Part shown: positions 6,102 to 14,044 of the stretch, piece by piece
Layout of the letters: each line of letters opens with the position of its first letter
Numbering within the stretch: the stretch's first letter is position 1
Virus record (IMG/VR): IMGVR_UViG_3300025610_000001
Length of the DNA stretch: 64,000 nucleotides
Origin: a virus
Direction: 5' to 3' (one strand)
The notes under the pieces: model-generated
What the model was told of the DNA's origin: nothing
Seen by the model: only the letters and a program-made list of their open reading frames with translations
Database searches by the model: none
Position numbers and translations under genes: made by a program

Positions 6102-6341
6102 ATGTGGAAAGACACTCTAAAGAAAAGAAAAACTAACTTAGGAAGAGGTTCTGGAGGCATGACTCCAGAAGAACTTAAAGAGGCTAAAGAAAGACTTAGA
6201 AGAAAAGAAAGAAGAAAAATACCTCTCAGCGAATTAAGAGAACAAGAAAACGACCCAGAATTTAGAGCAAAACAAGAAAGGGCAAGAAGAAGCGTCAAAG
6301 ATAAAAAAAGTGATTATTATGACATGGGAAGAAATACTTAA
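6102..6341 (+). CDS. W-tag protein (MWKDTLKK...), 79 aa, very basic
   Basis: Track ORF with GTGATATT SD. Confidence 0.7.
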   Translation: MWKDTLKKRKTNLGRGSGGMTPEELKEAKERLRRKERRKIPLSELREQENDPEFRAKQERARRSVKDKKSDYYDMGRNT

Positions 6342-6633
6342 AGAAAAATCCATATTTATAAAATTTCGTGAAGAATTAAATAATCTCCTGCGCCAAGCAG
6401 ATATTCTTGTGGGAAAAAAGTATAGCACTAGAGAAAAACAGTATGGTACTAGAGAAGAAGCATTTTTAAGGAAAGTTGATGCATTTTTGAACAAGTTGAA
6501 AGATAACGATATTACTGCTAAAACGGATAAAGGTCAAATTTTCTTTGATGCAAAAACAACAAAGAATCTAAAGGAATTGATTGAATTAGCAAAATACTAC
6601 AATGCTGGTAAAAGCGGAAAAGGTGATTTTTAA
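6319..6633 (+). CDS. W-tag protein (MTWEEILK...), 104 aa
   Basis: Trimmed from 6310. GTGATTATT SD. Overlaps the previous gene by 23 nt. Confidence 0.7.
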   Translation: MTWEEILKEKSIFIKFREELNNLLRQADILVGKKYSTREKQYGTREEAFLRKVDAFLNKLKDNDITAKTDKGQIFFDAKTTKNLKELIELAKYYNAGKSGKGDF

Positions 6634-6648
6634 AAAAAAGTGATTAAT

Positions 6649-6876
6649 ATGTGGAAAGATGAAATAATTAGAAAAAGGTCATTTACTCGACTTTATAGTA
6701 GAAATGAAAAAAGAGAAGCAATCAAAGAAGTAATGGATAGTTTAGAAGAAACTATCAAAATTGCTGAGAAAAATAATGAGCAGATGAAGTTGATGATTCT
6801 TCAAAGTTTAACATCGGCACGATTTGAATTACAAAAAAGATATGACACCATACAAGGCGATAGACCTTATCAATAA
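6649..6876 (+). CDS. W-tag protein (MWKDEIIR...), 75 aa
   Basis: Trimmed from 6640. GTGATTAAT SD. Confidence 0.7.
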   Translation: MWKDEIIRKRSFTRLYSRNEKREAIKEVMDSLEETIKIAEKNNEQMKLMILQSLTSARFELQKRYDTIQGDRPYQ

Positions 6877-6888
6877 AAAAGTGATTAA

Positions 6889-7122
6889 ATGTCAGAAGTT
6901 CCCATATTGTACTTGACTTCAACTGATACGTTAGAATTATTACAGAATTTAACAACTTTGCATAAAGACATCATACCCGATTTGGTGGAAAACATTTATA
7001 GGTATTCAGAAGATAAGTTGGAACTAGAGGACTTTGAGGATATGATAAAGGCTTTTCTTTACTTTACAAGTGAGGCATTAGATTCATTAGTTAGATTAAA
7101 TACGTTATTGCACAATCAATAG
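6889..7122 (+). CDS. Acidic small protein, 77 aa, no W-tag
   Basis: Track ORF with GTGATTAA SD. Confidence 0.65.
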   Translation: MSEVPILYLTSTDTLELLQNLTTLHKDIIPDLVENIYRYSEDKLELEDFEDMIKAFLYFTSEALDSLVRLNTLLHNQ

Positions 7123-7130
7123 GTGATATT

Positions 7131-7547
7131 ATGTGGAAAGGAATTGTTAAAAAACAAATTAGAAAAGGCGCAAGTTACGAAGAAGATTTCGTAAGTAAAC
7201 ATAAAGGTAAGCAGGATGATTTCGGTATTTATGTTCGTTCACCTGAAAATGTTAGCATTATTAAAGAAGAAGCAACATTAGAATGGACAGGTTCTATTGA
7301 AGTTTATTCTGCTGGCTTTGGTGCATTGAGTTCTTCATCCAATAAATTAACACTAGAAATAGAATATGTTAAAATGGGGGATGACGACGAGAAAGAAATA
7401 ACTAAAGAGTTCGTTTTTACTGGTAATTTTGAAGATGATGGAGGCGGTAATCCTGAAGATATTACAGTTGATATGGATTTTTCGGATTTTAACAATCCAA
7501 AGATTACAAAAGTGAAAGTAGCATATGAGGGGCGATTTAATGAGTGA
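7131..7547 (+). CDS. W-tag protein (MWKGIVKK...), 138 aa
   Basis: Track ORF with AGGTGATATT SD. Confidence 0.75.
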   Translation: MWKGIVKKQIRKGASYEEDFVSKHKGKQDDFGIYVRSPENVSIIKEEATLEWTGSIEVYSAGFGALSSSSNKLTLEIEYVKMGDDDEKEITKEFVFTGNFEDDGGGNPEDITVDMDFSDFNNPKITKVKVAYEGRFNE

Positions 7548-7695
7548 TTGGTCAAAACTTCTTAAAAATCAGAAAGAAGCGTCAAGCGCACAAAGCCTCG
7601 CTACTTTACAACAAAATCTAAAAGATGCACCAAGATATATTAAAATTGCATTAAATGAAATAGAAAGATACCTAATGGGTGAGAAAAATGTATAA
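7540..7695 (+). CDS. W-tag micro-protein (MSDWSKLLK...), 51 aa
   Basis: Not in the track because it is under 60 aa. ATGAGTGA overlap with the upstream stop. Confidence 0.5.
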   Translation: MSDWSKLLKNQKEASSAQSLATLQQNLKDAPRYIKIALNEIERYLMGEKNV

Positions 7696-8482
7696 GGACA
7701 TATTGAAGAGAGATAGAATGCCAAAGCCAAAAAGGGGCAAAGGCCGTCGTAGACAAACTGCTGAAAAAGACCGTAAAAAAGATGAATTTGGCGGTATGCA
7801 AATTAGTGGTGATGTTGAAGCAATTATTGGAAATAAAGAAGAGCGTGATAAAAGAGATGAAAGAGAAGCAGCCGATAAAAAATCTGGAAGGGTAAATCCC
7901 TTTGAAATAACTGCTGATTTTGCTCAAGCCACAGATGTTTTTGAAAAAGACTTTAATGACTTTGAAATATTTGATGAAATGAAAAAGCGAGTTAATGGGC
8001 TTTTTAAAGAGGCTGAGTTTTATTTTAAGCAAGGTGAAAAAAGGCAAAAGCAATTAGATACTGAATTTAAAGAAGCACTTAAGCGAAAACAAGGTATTGC
8101 TAGAGTAAGAAAAACTATTGAAACTTCAAACTATTATAGTCTTAAGAAATTCAATGAAAAACTAAAAAGCGAGAACATGAAAATTGGCAAAAAGAATTAT
8201 CCAGTTATTGAAGTTTTAGCAGCAATTGTGGTTGTTACTATTCAGGGTGATGATAAAGAAGCAACTGTTAGAGAAACATTTAATGACGCAGCCGATTACT
8301 TAGAAAGAAGGAATTTTGACCTTCTTACTCAAGGAGCGAATGGTTATAAGTTTTTGATAGATTTGGCTGAAAGATTAGGAATAGATGAATATGATAGGCC
8401 ACGCATGGTAGTAGGAAGAACAGGTAAATTTTATCTTGAAGAAGGACAAGCCACATATTTTGATTTAGACGATGTTCTTTGA
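7688..8482 (+). CDS. Tyr-variant tag protein (MYKDILKR...), 264 aa, basic N-terminal half
   Basis: Trimmed from GTG 7679. GGTGAGAAAA SD before ATG 7688. Confidence 0.7.
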   Translation: MYKDILKRDRMPKPKRGKGRRRQTAEKDRKKDEFGGMQISGDVEAIIGNKEERDKRDEREAADKKSGRVNPFEITADFAQATDVFEKDFNDFEIFDEMKKRVNGLFKEAEFYFKQGEKRQKQLDTEFKEALKRKQGIARVRKTIETSNYYSLKKFNEKLKSENMKIGKKNYPVIEVLAAIVVVTIQGDDKEATVRETFNDAADYLERRNFDLLTQGANGYKFLIDLAERLGIDEYDRPRMVVGRTGKFYLEEGQATYFDLDDVL

Positions 8483-8494
8483 ATAGGTGATTCT

Positions 8495-8905
8495 ATGAAC
8501 TGGTTTGAAGTATTGAAAAAAACAATGAACGCTTTAGAGTTCATTGAATATTTTCAAGAAAAGTTGGGAGGAAAACCAACTTATCCTAGTACTGCTAGTT
8601 TAAGAATACCTGAGAATAAACTCACAAGACCTATCGTTTACAAATTAGATTATCCAAATGGCTACATTAAAGTAACGATGGGTAAAAAAGGAGAAAAGCA
8701 CGTTAATGTAAATGGCGTAGTTGTGGCAAATGTTTTTAACCTAAAGGATGCAGTAGAAGAAGTAGAAGAGGCCGTTGGCTCAGATACCTTTGAAAAGAAA
8801 GCAGGTGGAGTATCATTTGGTGGTCATGGAACAAATCCAGAACTATTCAATATAAAATACGGAGGTGGAAAAGGTGGCAAAAAACGTAAGAAAGAAGACG
8901 AGTAA
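8495..8905 (+). CDS. W-tag protein (MNWFEVLK...), 136 aa, G/K-rich C-terminus
   Basis: Track ORF with AGGTGATTCT SD. Confidence 0.75.
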   Translation: MNWFEVLKKTMNALEFIEYFQEKLGGKPTYPSTASLRIPENKLTRPIVYKLDYPNGYIKVTMGKKGEKHVNVNGVVVANVFNLKDAVEEVEEAVGSDTFEKKAGGVSFGGHGTNPELFNIKYGGGKGGKKRKKEDE

Positions 8906-9956
8906 ATATAATAAACAGTCTATTACGCAAACCTTTGAAGGTTCTGATTTTCAAAAAGATTACAATGATTGGGAAAATCATTGTGATAGTATTGACAAAG
9001 ATGAGTTACAAGTTCAAAATGGAACGCTTTTGGACTTTTTAGTTCAACACGTTGATGAAGCAAGAGATGGCACATCAAGAAATGGTGCGAGATTGCCAAT
9101 CAAAGAAATACGTGAGATTTTAAATTCAGATATTATTACTAAGCCCGCTATTCAAAAAGTAAAAGATATGCGTAAGCATATTTCAGAAATGAAGAATAGC
9201 AAAGGTAAGGGTGGATTAGACCCAGCATTCATTTCATTTACAGATAGAGCCTATGATAAAAGAAACAAGTTTAGGTCAAAGCGAACTGTTTATGGACATT
9301 ACATGACTCAGAATTATGTTAATAGAAAGACGTTTAAGGATAAAAATTTCAAAGGTGAACCTGTTGATGGAGATTGGCTTACAGGAAAAAATCCTCCGCA
9401 TCTTGCATTATTCTCGGAAACAGAAGGAGATTACAGTAAGCCCTTTGGTTTGTTAAAAATTCTCGATAATGCCATTGATTCATTTAAAGAAATCACAGTT
9501 CAGCCTATTATTGATAGTATCACTAGAGCGAATGCTATGAAACTTGATAGTATTTACCCGATTGAAAAGTTCTTCGACAATGTTGTAAAAACAGATGGTT
9601 ATTGGAAAGCAAGCGGGGAATTGAAAACTTCTTCTGTTGCTTCTGAATTCAAAGCAACACAATTTGATGTAAAGCCAAGTGGTGCAAGAATCATACAAAG
9701 GCTTACAAATTTAGAAGATGTTGCGGGAAAAATTACTGCTTTTAAGATTAAAGCGACAATACCAATTAATTATTTGGTTGGTGAAGCACTTAAGAGAAAG
9801 AATAAGAAAAACGCACCTGCTGGAGAAAAGAACCGAGCATGGGCAAAATCAGGTTTTGATTACAGAAAGACTCGAAAAGAAGTATATGGCAAAGATACAA
9901 AGAGTCCAGACAAAAAGGTAATAAGTAAGTCATGGCAAGAAGTCATAAGGGCGTGA
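8865..9956 (+). CDS. Hypothetical protein, about 360 aa; ends with a W-motif relic SWQEVIRA
   Basis: Track ORF. No early ATG, so the start is probably GTG 8865 or GTG 8874 after GGAGGTG. Overlaps the previous gene by about 40 nt. Confidence 0.65.
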   Translation: MEKVAKNVRKKTSKYNKQSITQTFEGSDFQKDYNDWENHCDSIDKDELQVQNGTLLDFLVQHVDEARDGTSRNGARLPIKEIREILNSDIITKPAIQKVKDMRKHISEMKNSKGKGGLDPAFISFTDRAYDKRNKFRSKRTVYGHYMTQNYVNRKTFKDKNFKGEPVDGDWLTGKNPPHLALFSETEGDYSKPFGLLKILDNAIDSFKEITVQPIIDSITRANAMKLDSIYPIEKFFDNVVKTDGYWKASGELKTSSVASEFKATQFDVKPSGARIIQRLTNLEDVAGKITAFKIKATIPINYLVGEALKRKNKKNAPAGEKNRAWAKSGFDYRKTRKEVYGKDTKSPDKKVISKSWQEVIRA

Positions 9957-9961
9957 TGCAT

Positions 9962-10243
9962 ATGTGGAAAGCCATATTGAAGGATGAAAGGTTTGATGCC
10001 TTTAGACAAAATATGTCGAGTATGCACGAAGATATGCTAAGAGCAGAAAAAGGTTCAGTAATTTCAAGAGCCGAAAGTATGATAGAATCCTTGTTAGATT
10101 ACAAAGAAGACTTGATGGAAAAGAAGGAAAATAAAAGACTAGATAGATTTATTGATGACAATTTTCCTATAAGGCAAATAGATAGTCTAATCGCATCGTT
10201 AAGAAAATTTAAAGAAAGTATGGAAAAAAAATTAGGTGTTTAG
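9962..10243 (+). CDS. W-tag protein (MWKAILKD...), 93 aa
   Basis: Trimmed from 9932. GCGTGATGCAT junction. Confidence 0.7.
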   Translation: MWKAILKDERFDAFRQNMSSMHEDMLRAEKGSVISRAESMIESLLDYKEDLMEKKENKRLDRFIDDNFPIRQIDSLIASLRKFKESMEKKLGV

Positions 10244-10244
10244 T

Positions 10245-10580
10245 ATGTGGAAGAACGAAATTAAAAAGAATAGACGCAATTTGTCAAGAGATGACATTAA
10301 AAGATATTGGCCTGAACCTAGTGAATGGTATAAAGATTTAGAAGAAGTTCGGGGATTTGGTCAAATGTTTGAAGATTTTTTTAATCTCGGAGTAGGAGGC
10401 GGGGAAACTATTTGGTATTATTGGGAAAAACCATGGAAATGGAATCCTGAATATAAAATCCTATATGATGCAGGAATTAAATTAGGCTTAGACCCTGAAG
10501 ATTTAAAAGAATATATGTATGATAATAATATTTATTCTTTACAAGATTTAAAGAAACACATAGAGAAAAAGGATGATTAG
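10245..10580 (+). CDS. W-tag protein (MWKNEIKK...), 111 aa, Trp-rich
   Basis: Trimmed from 10236. GGTGTTTAGT junction. Confidence 0.7.
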   Translation: MWKNEIKKNRRNLSRDDIKRYWPEPSEWYKDLEEVRGFGQMFEDFFNLGVGGGETIWYYWEKPWKWNPEYKILYDAGIKLGLDPEDLKEYMYDNNIYSLQDLKKHIEKKDD

Positions 10581-10581
10581 T

Positions 10582-11064
10582 ATGTGGAAAGATATTTTAA
10601 AAGGCGAAGAAGTTCATCCTAGCGTAAAAGGTTTCATTGGTAGAAGAATGTCAAAAATTCGTCAAGCGATGATTAAAGAACAAAAAGAAATAGAAGAAGC
10701 GGAAGAGTTTATGCAAGGTAAACTTTATGCAAGTTACCCCTTTAAAATAAAAGACCAAGTAGAAAGGGGCATAAAAGAGCAAAAAGAAAAAATAGAAAAA
10801 TTAGGTAAAATAATAGGTGCTAAATTTAGTCCACAACATGATAAATTCCCTATGACCCCTTCACAAAGATTAAGCCCATCTACTAAAAAATTAAAAGTTA
10901 AAAGAATGGAAAGACCAAGTGCGTTTAGTTATAATCCTAAAGATACTTTTGATTCAAATGTTATGAGAAGATTTAATATTTCTGAGAAAGACTTTAATGC
11001 GATGAGTAGAGAAAGAAAGGATGGTTTTAGAGAAGGCTATAAATTATTAGAAGGGGATAAATAA
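10582..11064 (+). CDS. W-tag protein (MWKDILKG...), 160 aa
   Basis: Trimmed from 10573. GGATGATTAGT junction. Confidence 0.7.
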   Translation: MWKDILKGEEVHPSVKGFIGRRMSKIRQAMIKEQKEIEEAEEFMQGKLYASYPFKIKDQVERGIKEQKEKIEKLGKIIGAKFSPQHDKFPMTPSQRLSPSTKKLKVKRMERPSAFSYNPKDTFDSNVMRRFNISEKDFNAMSRERKDGFREGYKLLEGDK

Positions 11065-11065
11065 A

Positions 11066-11722
11066 ATGGTTACTCGTAAGCGTTGTGGTTTTTGCCAACA
11101 TGAAAATAGGGAAGAACTTGAATCCTTGTTAGAAACAGGGCAAGCAAGTTGTGATGCCCTAGATTTGCAGAATGATTGGAGAAGTGGAACTTCCTCCCAA
11201 CATCAAAGAAATCACATGGGGAACTATGAAATGGCTTCTAATCCTCGTTGTGTGCTATGCACAGACCCGATGAGAAAACACTATGAGATTGCGCTTTCGG
11301 AAGGTAATATCACAAGTGAAGCAGTTTCTGAGGCTCTAAACGTGTCGAAAGAACAGGTGCAACGGCACATGAAGCACCACTTGTCGCCATTGGTACAGAA
11401 ATCTGCGGCCTCCTTGATAGCGAAAAAGGAGGTAAATGAAGTTGATTTGTTATCAGCGAATGTTCAGCGATTAGATATGAAATTAGATGATGTATTCGCT
11501 ATGGATGATTTAGACCCAAAGGTGATTGATAGTCTCACCAAACTCGCTAGAGAGATTCGTGAATCATTAAAGTACCTTATGGAGTTTAAAGGCAAATTGG
11601 TTCATAAAAGACAAGATACAGTTATTTTCGCACAGATGCAAATTGTTCAAGAAGTGCTTGCACAGAACAATCCTGAGATTTGGCTTGACATTAAAAAAGA
11701 AATGCAGGAGAGATTACAATGA
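11066..11722 (+). CDS. Zinc-ribbon plus helix-turn-helix-like protein, 218 aa; candidate small terminase or regulator
   Basis: CGFC...C and C..C pairs. Segment ALNVSKEQVQRHMKHH. No W-tag. Codon usage is visibly less A/T-biased than the neighbours. Confidence 0.35.
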   Translation: MVTRKRCGFCQHENREELESLLETGQASCDALDLQNDWRSGTSSQHQRNHMGNYEMASNPRCVLCTDPMRKHYEIALSEGNITSEAVSEALNVSKEQVQRHMKHHLSPLVQKSAASLIAKKEVNEVDLLSANVQRLDMKLDDVFAMDDLDPKVIDSLTKLAREIRESLKYLMEFKGKLVHKRQDTVIFAQMQIVQEVLAQNNPEIWLDIKKEMQERLQ

Positions 11723-11991
11723 GTTGGGAAGATATAATTAAAAAAGAAAATGAATTACCCAAACCATTCAAAGATGTCATAAAATGGAAAGGCAAATATT
11801 ATAAACACTATGATACTAAAACAAGTGATTATGCACCTTTAGGAATTTATTATATATATTTTCCATCTGATAAAGATGGTAATTTAGTCGGTAATTCTCT
11901 AACTCATGAAATTAAAGAACTTGCTTTAGATTCGGATAGTGTAGATGCTAAGATAATTGAAGGCGATTTTGGCTATGTTGGTGTTGATTAA
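11719..11991 (+). CDS. W-tag protein (MSWEDIIK...), 90 aa; cassette flanked by an 18-bp direct repeat
   Basis: Track ORF. Repeat CAGGAGAGATTACAATGA at 11705-11722 and 11999-12016. Confidence 0.75.
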   Translation: MSWEDIIKKENELPKPFKDVIKWKGKYYKHYDTKTSDYAPLGIYYIYFPSDKDGNLVGNSLTHEIKELALDSDSVDAKIIEGDFGYVGVD

Positions 11992-12012
11992 AAATATACA
12001 GGAGAGATTACA

Positions 12013-12120
12013 ATGACACGCTGTAAATTACTTGACCAATGGTTTGATTCAAAGTCTAAAGAATTAGATAAGGAAGAAAATAAGCAGAAAAAAGATTTAA
12101 TTACTGGACAAAAGAAGTGA
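12013..12120 (+). CDS. Micro-protein, 35 aa (MTRCKLLDQWFDSKSKE...)
   Basis: Uses the duplicated initiation region. Its stop is embedded in the GTGATTTT SD of the next gene. Confidence 0.4.
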   Translation: MTRCKLLDQWFDSKSKELDKEENKQKKDLITGQKK

Positions 12121-12124
12121 TTTT

Positions 12125-14044
12125 ATGTCAGAAATCAAAACTTTTCTGGAAACTGCGAAGAAGGGTAAAACCTTGCGTAGTCTTTTACAATTTTTATTAG
12201 TCAAAGATATTACAGAAGAGTTCAAAGGTGCAAACTTATCTAGTTCAATCAGTAAAACATTTGAAATGTTAAATTCAGGTAGTTTAGATAATGAAGTTGA
12301 GAATATCCTCAACGAAACAATATTCAAAGGGAAAAAAGATGAAGTTCTTTCTCGATTAAATTCACTAAAAGAAGCATTTCTCTCTAAAGGAACAGGAACT
12401 GCATCAAGAACAAAAGAGTTCAACGACAAAATTAAACCAAAACTTTCTAAATTAAGAGAACTTTCGCAAAAATTAAGAGAAAATAAGGATAATGAAGCCG
12501 TATTTTCTAAAATAAAAGGTGAATCAGAAGAGTTAGTTACTGAATTAAACGAAGAAATAGAAAAATTTACCGAAAAATTTGGAAGAGAAGGCGGATTTAG
12601 AGATACTCCTAAGATTAAAGAGTTAATGGATGCCACAAAAAAGACAATTTCTGAATTTAAAGAGTTATTTTTAACAAAAGACGTTTCTTCTGATGCAGGT
12701 TACTACGATTCTATCATTCAAGATAATATTTCTTTCGTTTTAGAGAGAGATATTAAGAGTTTTACCTCAGATGACGTTGAAAATTACATCACAGCAGTAA
12801 ATAATGCTGTCGGAAAGGCTTCAACAGGCAAATTTAGGCCATTATACATAGACCATGAAGAAAACGGTGTTCAAATTAACTCAAGTTTTCCAAAAAGACT
12901 CTACAAAGGTAAAAGAGCAACACTAGTAAAGCCCCTAAAGTTCTTAATTAACAGCGATTTTGGTCAAGATTGGTGGAAACAATGGTCTAAAGGACAAACT
13001 CGTAAAGGAGTCATAACTGCATCCGAAATTAGAGAAAGAATTGTTAAGCAATTGTTTTATGGTGGTTTAACTTTTAGAGAACATTTTAATTTTAGAGCAG
13101 GTAGCGATACTGATAATGAAAAAATTATAAGAAATAATGAAAAATTGGATATAATTGAAGAAAAAGATGAAGCGGGAAATAAGACAAAACGTCTTAAGTT
13201 AGACGATACGTTAAATAAAACAATAGGTAATGCAGTTAGCGGGGAATCCTTAGAAAAAATATTTAGTTCATTTTATACAGAAACATTAGGTAAAAATTAC
13301 AACCCCACAGAAAATCACAATAAATTACTTATTGAATTAATTAAAAAATACAGACAGCCTGTTGAAAAGTTCCAAAATTTTCTTAAAAAAGAGTATAGTG
13401 ACCTAATTGATAAACTAATTAAAAAAGTCCGAACAGATAAATCAAAACTAGGGACAGTTATTAGGATTGAAAATGTAGAATTGCCGAAGGGTCTTGAGTA
13501 TGACGAAAAAGAAAACACTTTTATTGACGAAGAGGAAGATACTCTCACTTTAGAAGAAGTAAGAGAGATATATGAAGGTGATGAATTAGCCACAATCAAT
13601 CAATACATAAAAAATATAAACACACCTATGGAAGAACCCGATACTTTCTTTGATTTCTTAAATAGTAAAGAAGATATCGAAGCATATTTTAATAAAATTG
13701 CAACTAATCAACTAATTAGCCCAAATGTAGACAATTTGCTAGGTGTTTTGTTTGAATTAAGCGAAATGGCTGAAAGAGAAGGCAATTATGAGGTATTAGA
13801 AGAAGAAATTCAATCAATTATGACCAATAAAGCCTTCGATTCTAATGAAAAAAGGGAACAAATTGAGAAAATTGAGAGGGCTATTGTTGATAAATTAAAG
13901 AATTATAGTAGGTTAATTAAGAGAGGATTTGCCCAAAAAGCAAAGGATTTCATAGAAAATCACCGTAATTATAGTACAAGTGCCGATGTAAGAGGGAAAC
14001 TTTTAAGGCAACTGGAAGAACAGAACGTAATTAGGAGGGGATGA
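12125..14044 (+). CDS. Large K/E-rich orphan protein, 639 aa
   Basis: Track ORF. No catalytic motif was recognised. Confidence 0.8.
   Translation: MSEIKTFLETAKKGKTLRSLLQFLLVKDITEEFKGANLSSSISKTFEMLNSGSLDNEVENILNETIFKGKKDEVLSRLNSLKEAFLSKGTGTASRTKEFNDKIKPKLSKLRELSQKLRENKDNEAVFSKIKGESEELVTELNEEIEKFTEKFGREGGFRDTPKIKELMDATKKTISEFKELFLTKDVSSDAGYYDSIIQDNISFVLERDIKSFTSDDVENYITAVNNAVGKASTGKFRPLYIDHEENGVQINSSFPKRLYKGKRATLVKPLKFLINSDFGQDWWKQWSKGQTRKGVITASEIRERIVKQLFYGGLTFREHFNFRAGSDTDNEKIIRNNEKLDIIEEKDEAGNKTKRLKLDDTLNKTIGNAVSGESLEKIFSSFYTETLGKNYNPTENHNKLLIELIKKYRQPVEKFQNFLKKEYSDLIDKLIKKVRTDKSKLGTVIRIENVELPKGLEYDEKENTFIDEEEDTLTLEEVREIYEGDELATINQYIKNINTPMEEPDTFFDFLNSKEDIEAYFNKIATNQLISPNVDNLLGVLFELSEMAEREGNYEVLEEEIQSIMTNKAFDSNEKREQIEKIERAIVDKLKNYSRLIKRGFAQKAKDFIENHRNYSTSADVRGKLLRQLEEQNVIRRG

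Noticed and set aside
8850-8905. Programmed frameshift joining 8495..8905 to 8865..9956 at GGCAAAAAACG
   Set aside because: The downstream frame is +1 rather than -1, and there is no X_XXY_YYZ heptamer in the zero frame. GTG 8865 and GTG 8874 behind GGAGGTG give a plausible independent start.
12097-12636. Long minus-strand ORFs inside the plus-strand block: 12097..12636, 29582..30187, 31836..32378, 34007..34426, 34870..35256, 39839..40417, 7640..8053, 6089..6298, 6234..6494, 45792..46124, 55552..55896 and others
   Set aside because: They lie antisense to K/E-rich genes and translate to S/L/F-rich low-complexity strings. They have no SD or TATA context and always sit inside a longer, well-supported plus-strand gene. 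These are shadow ORFs caused by compositional bias.
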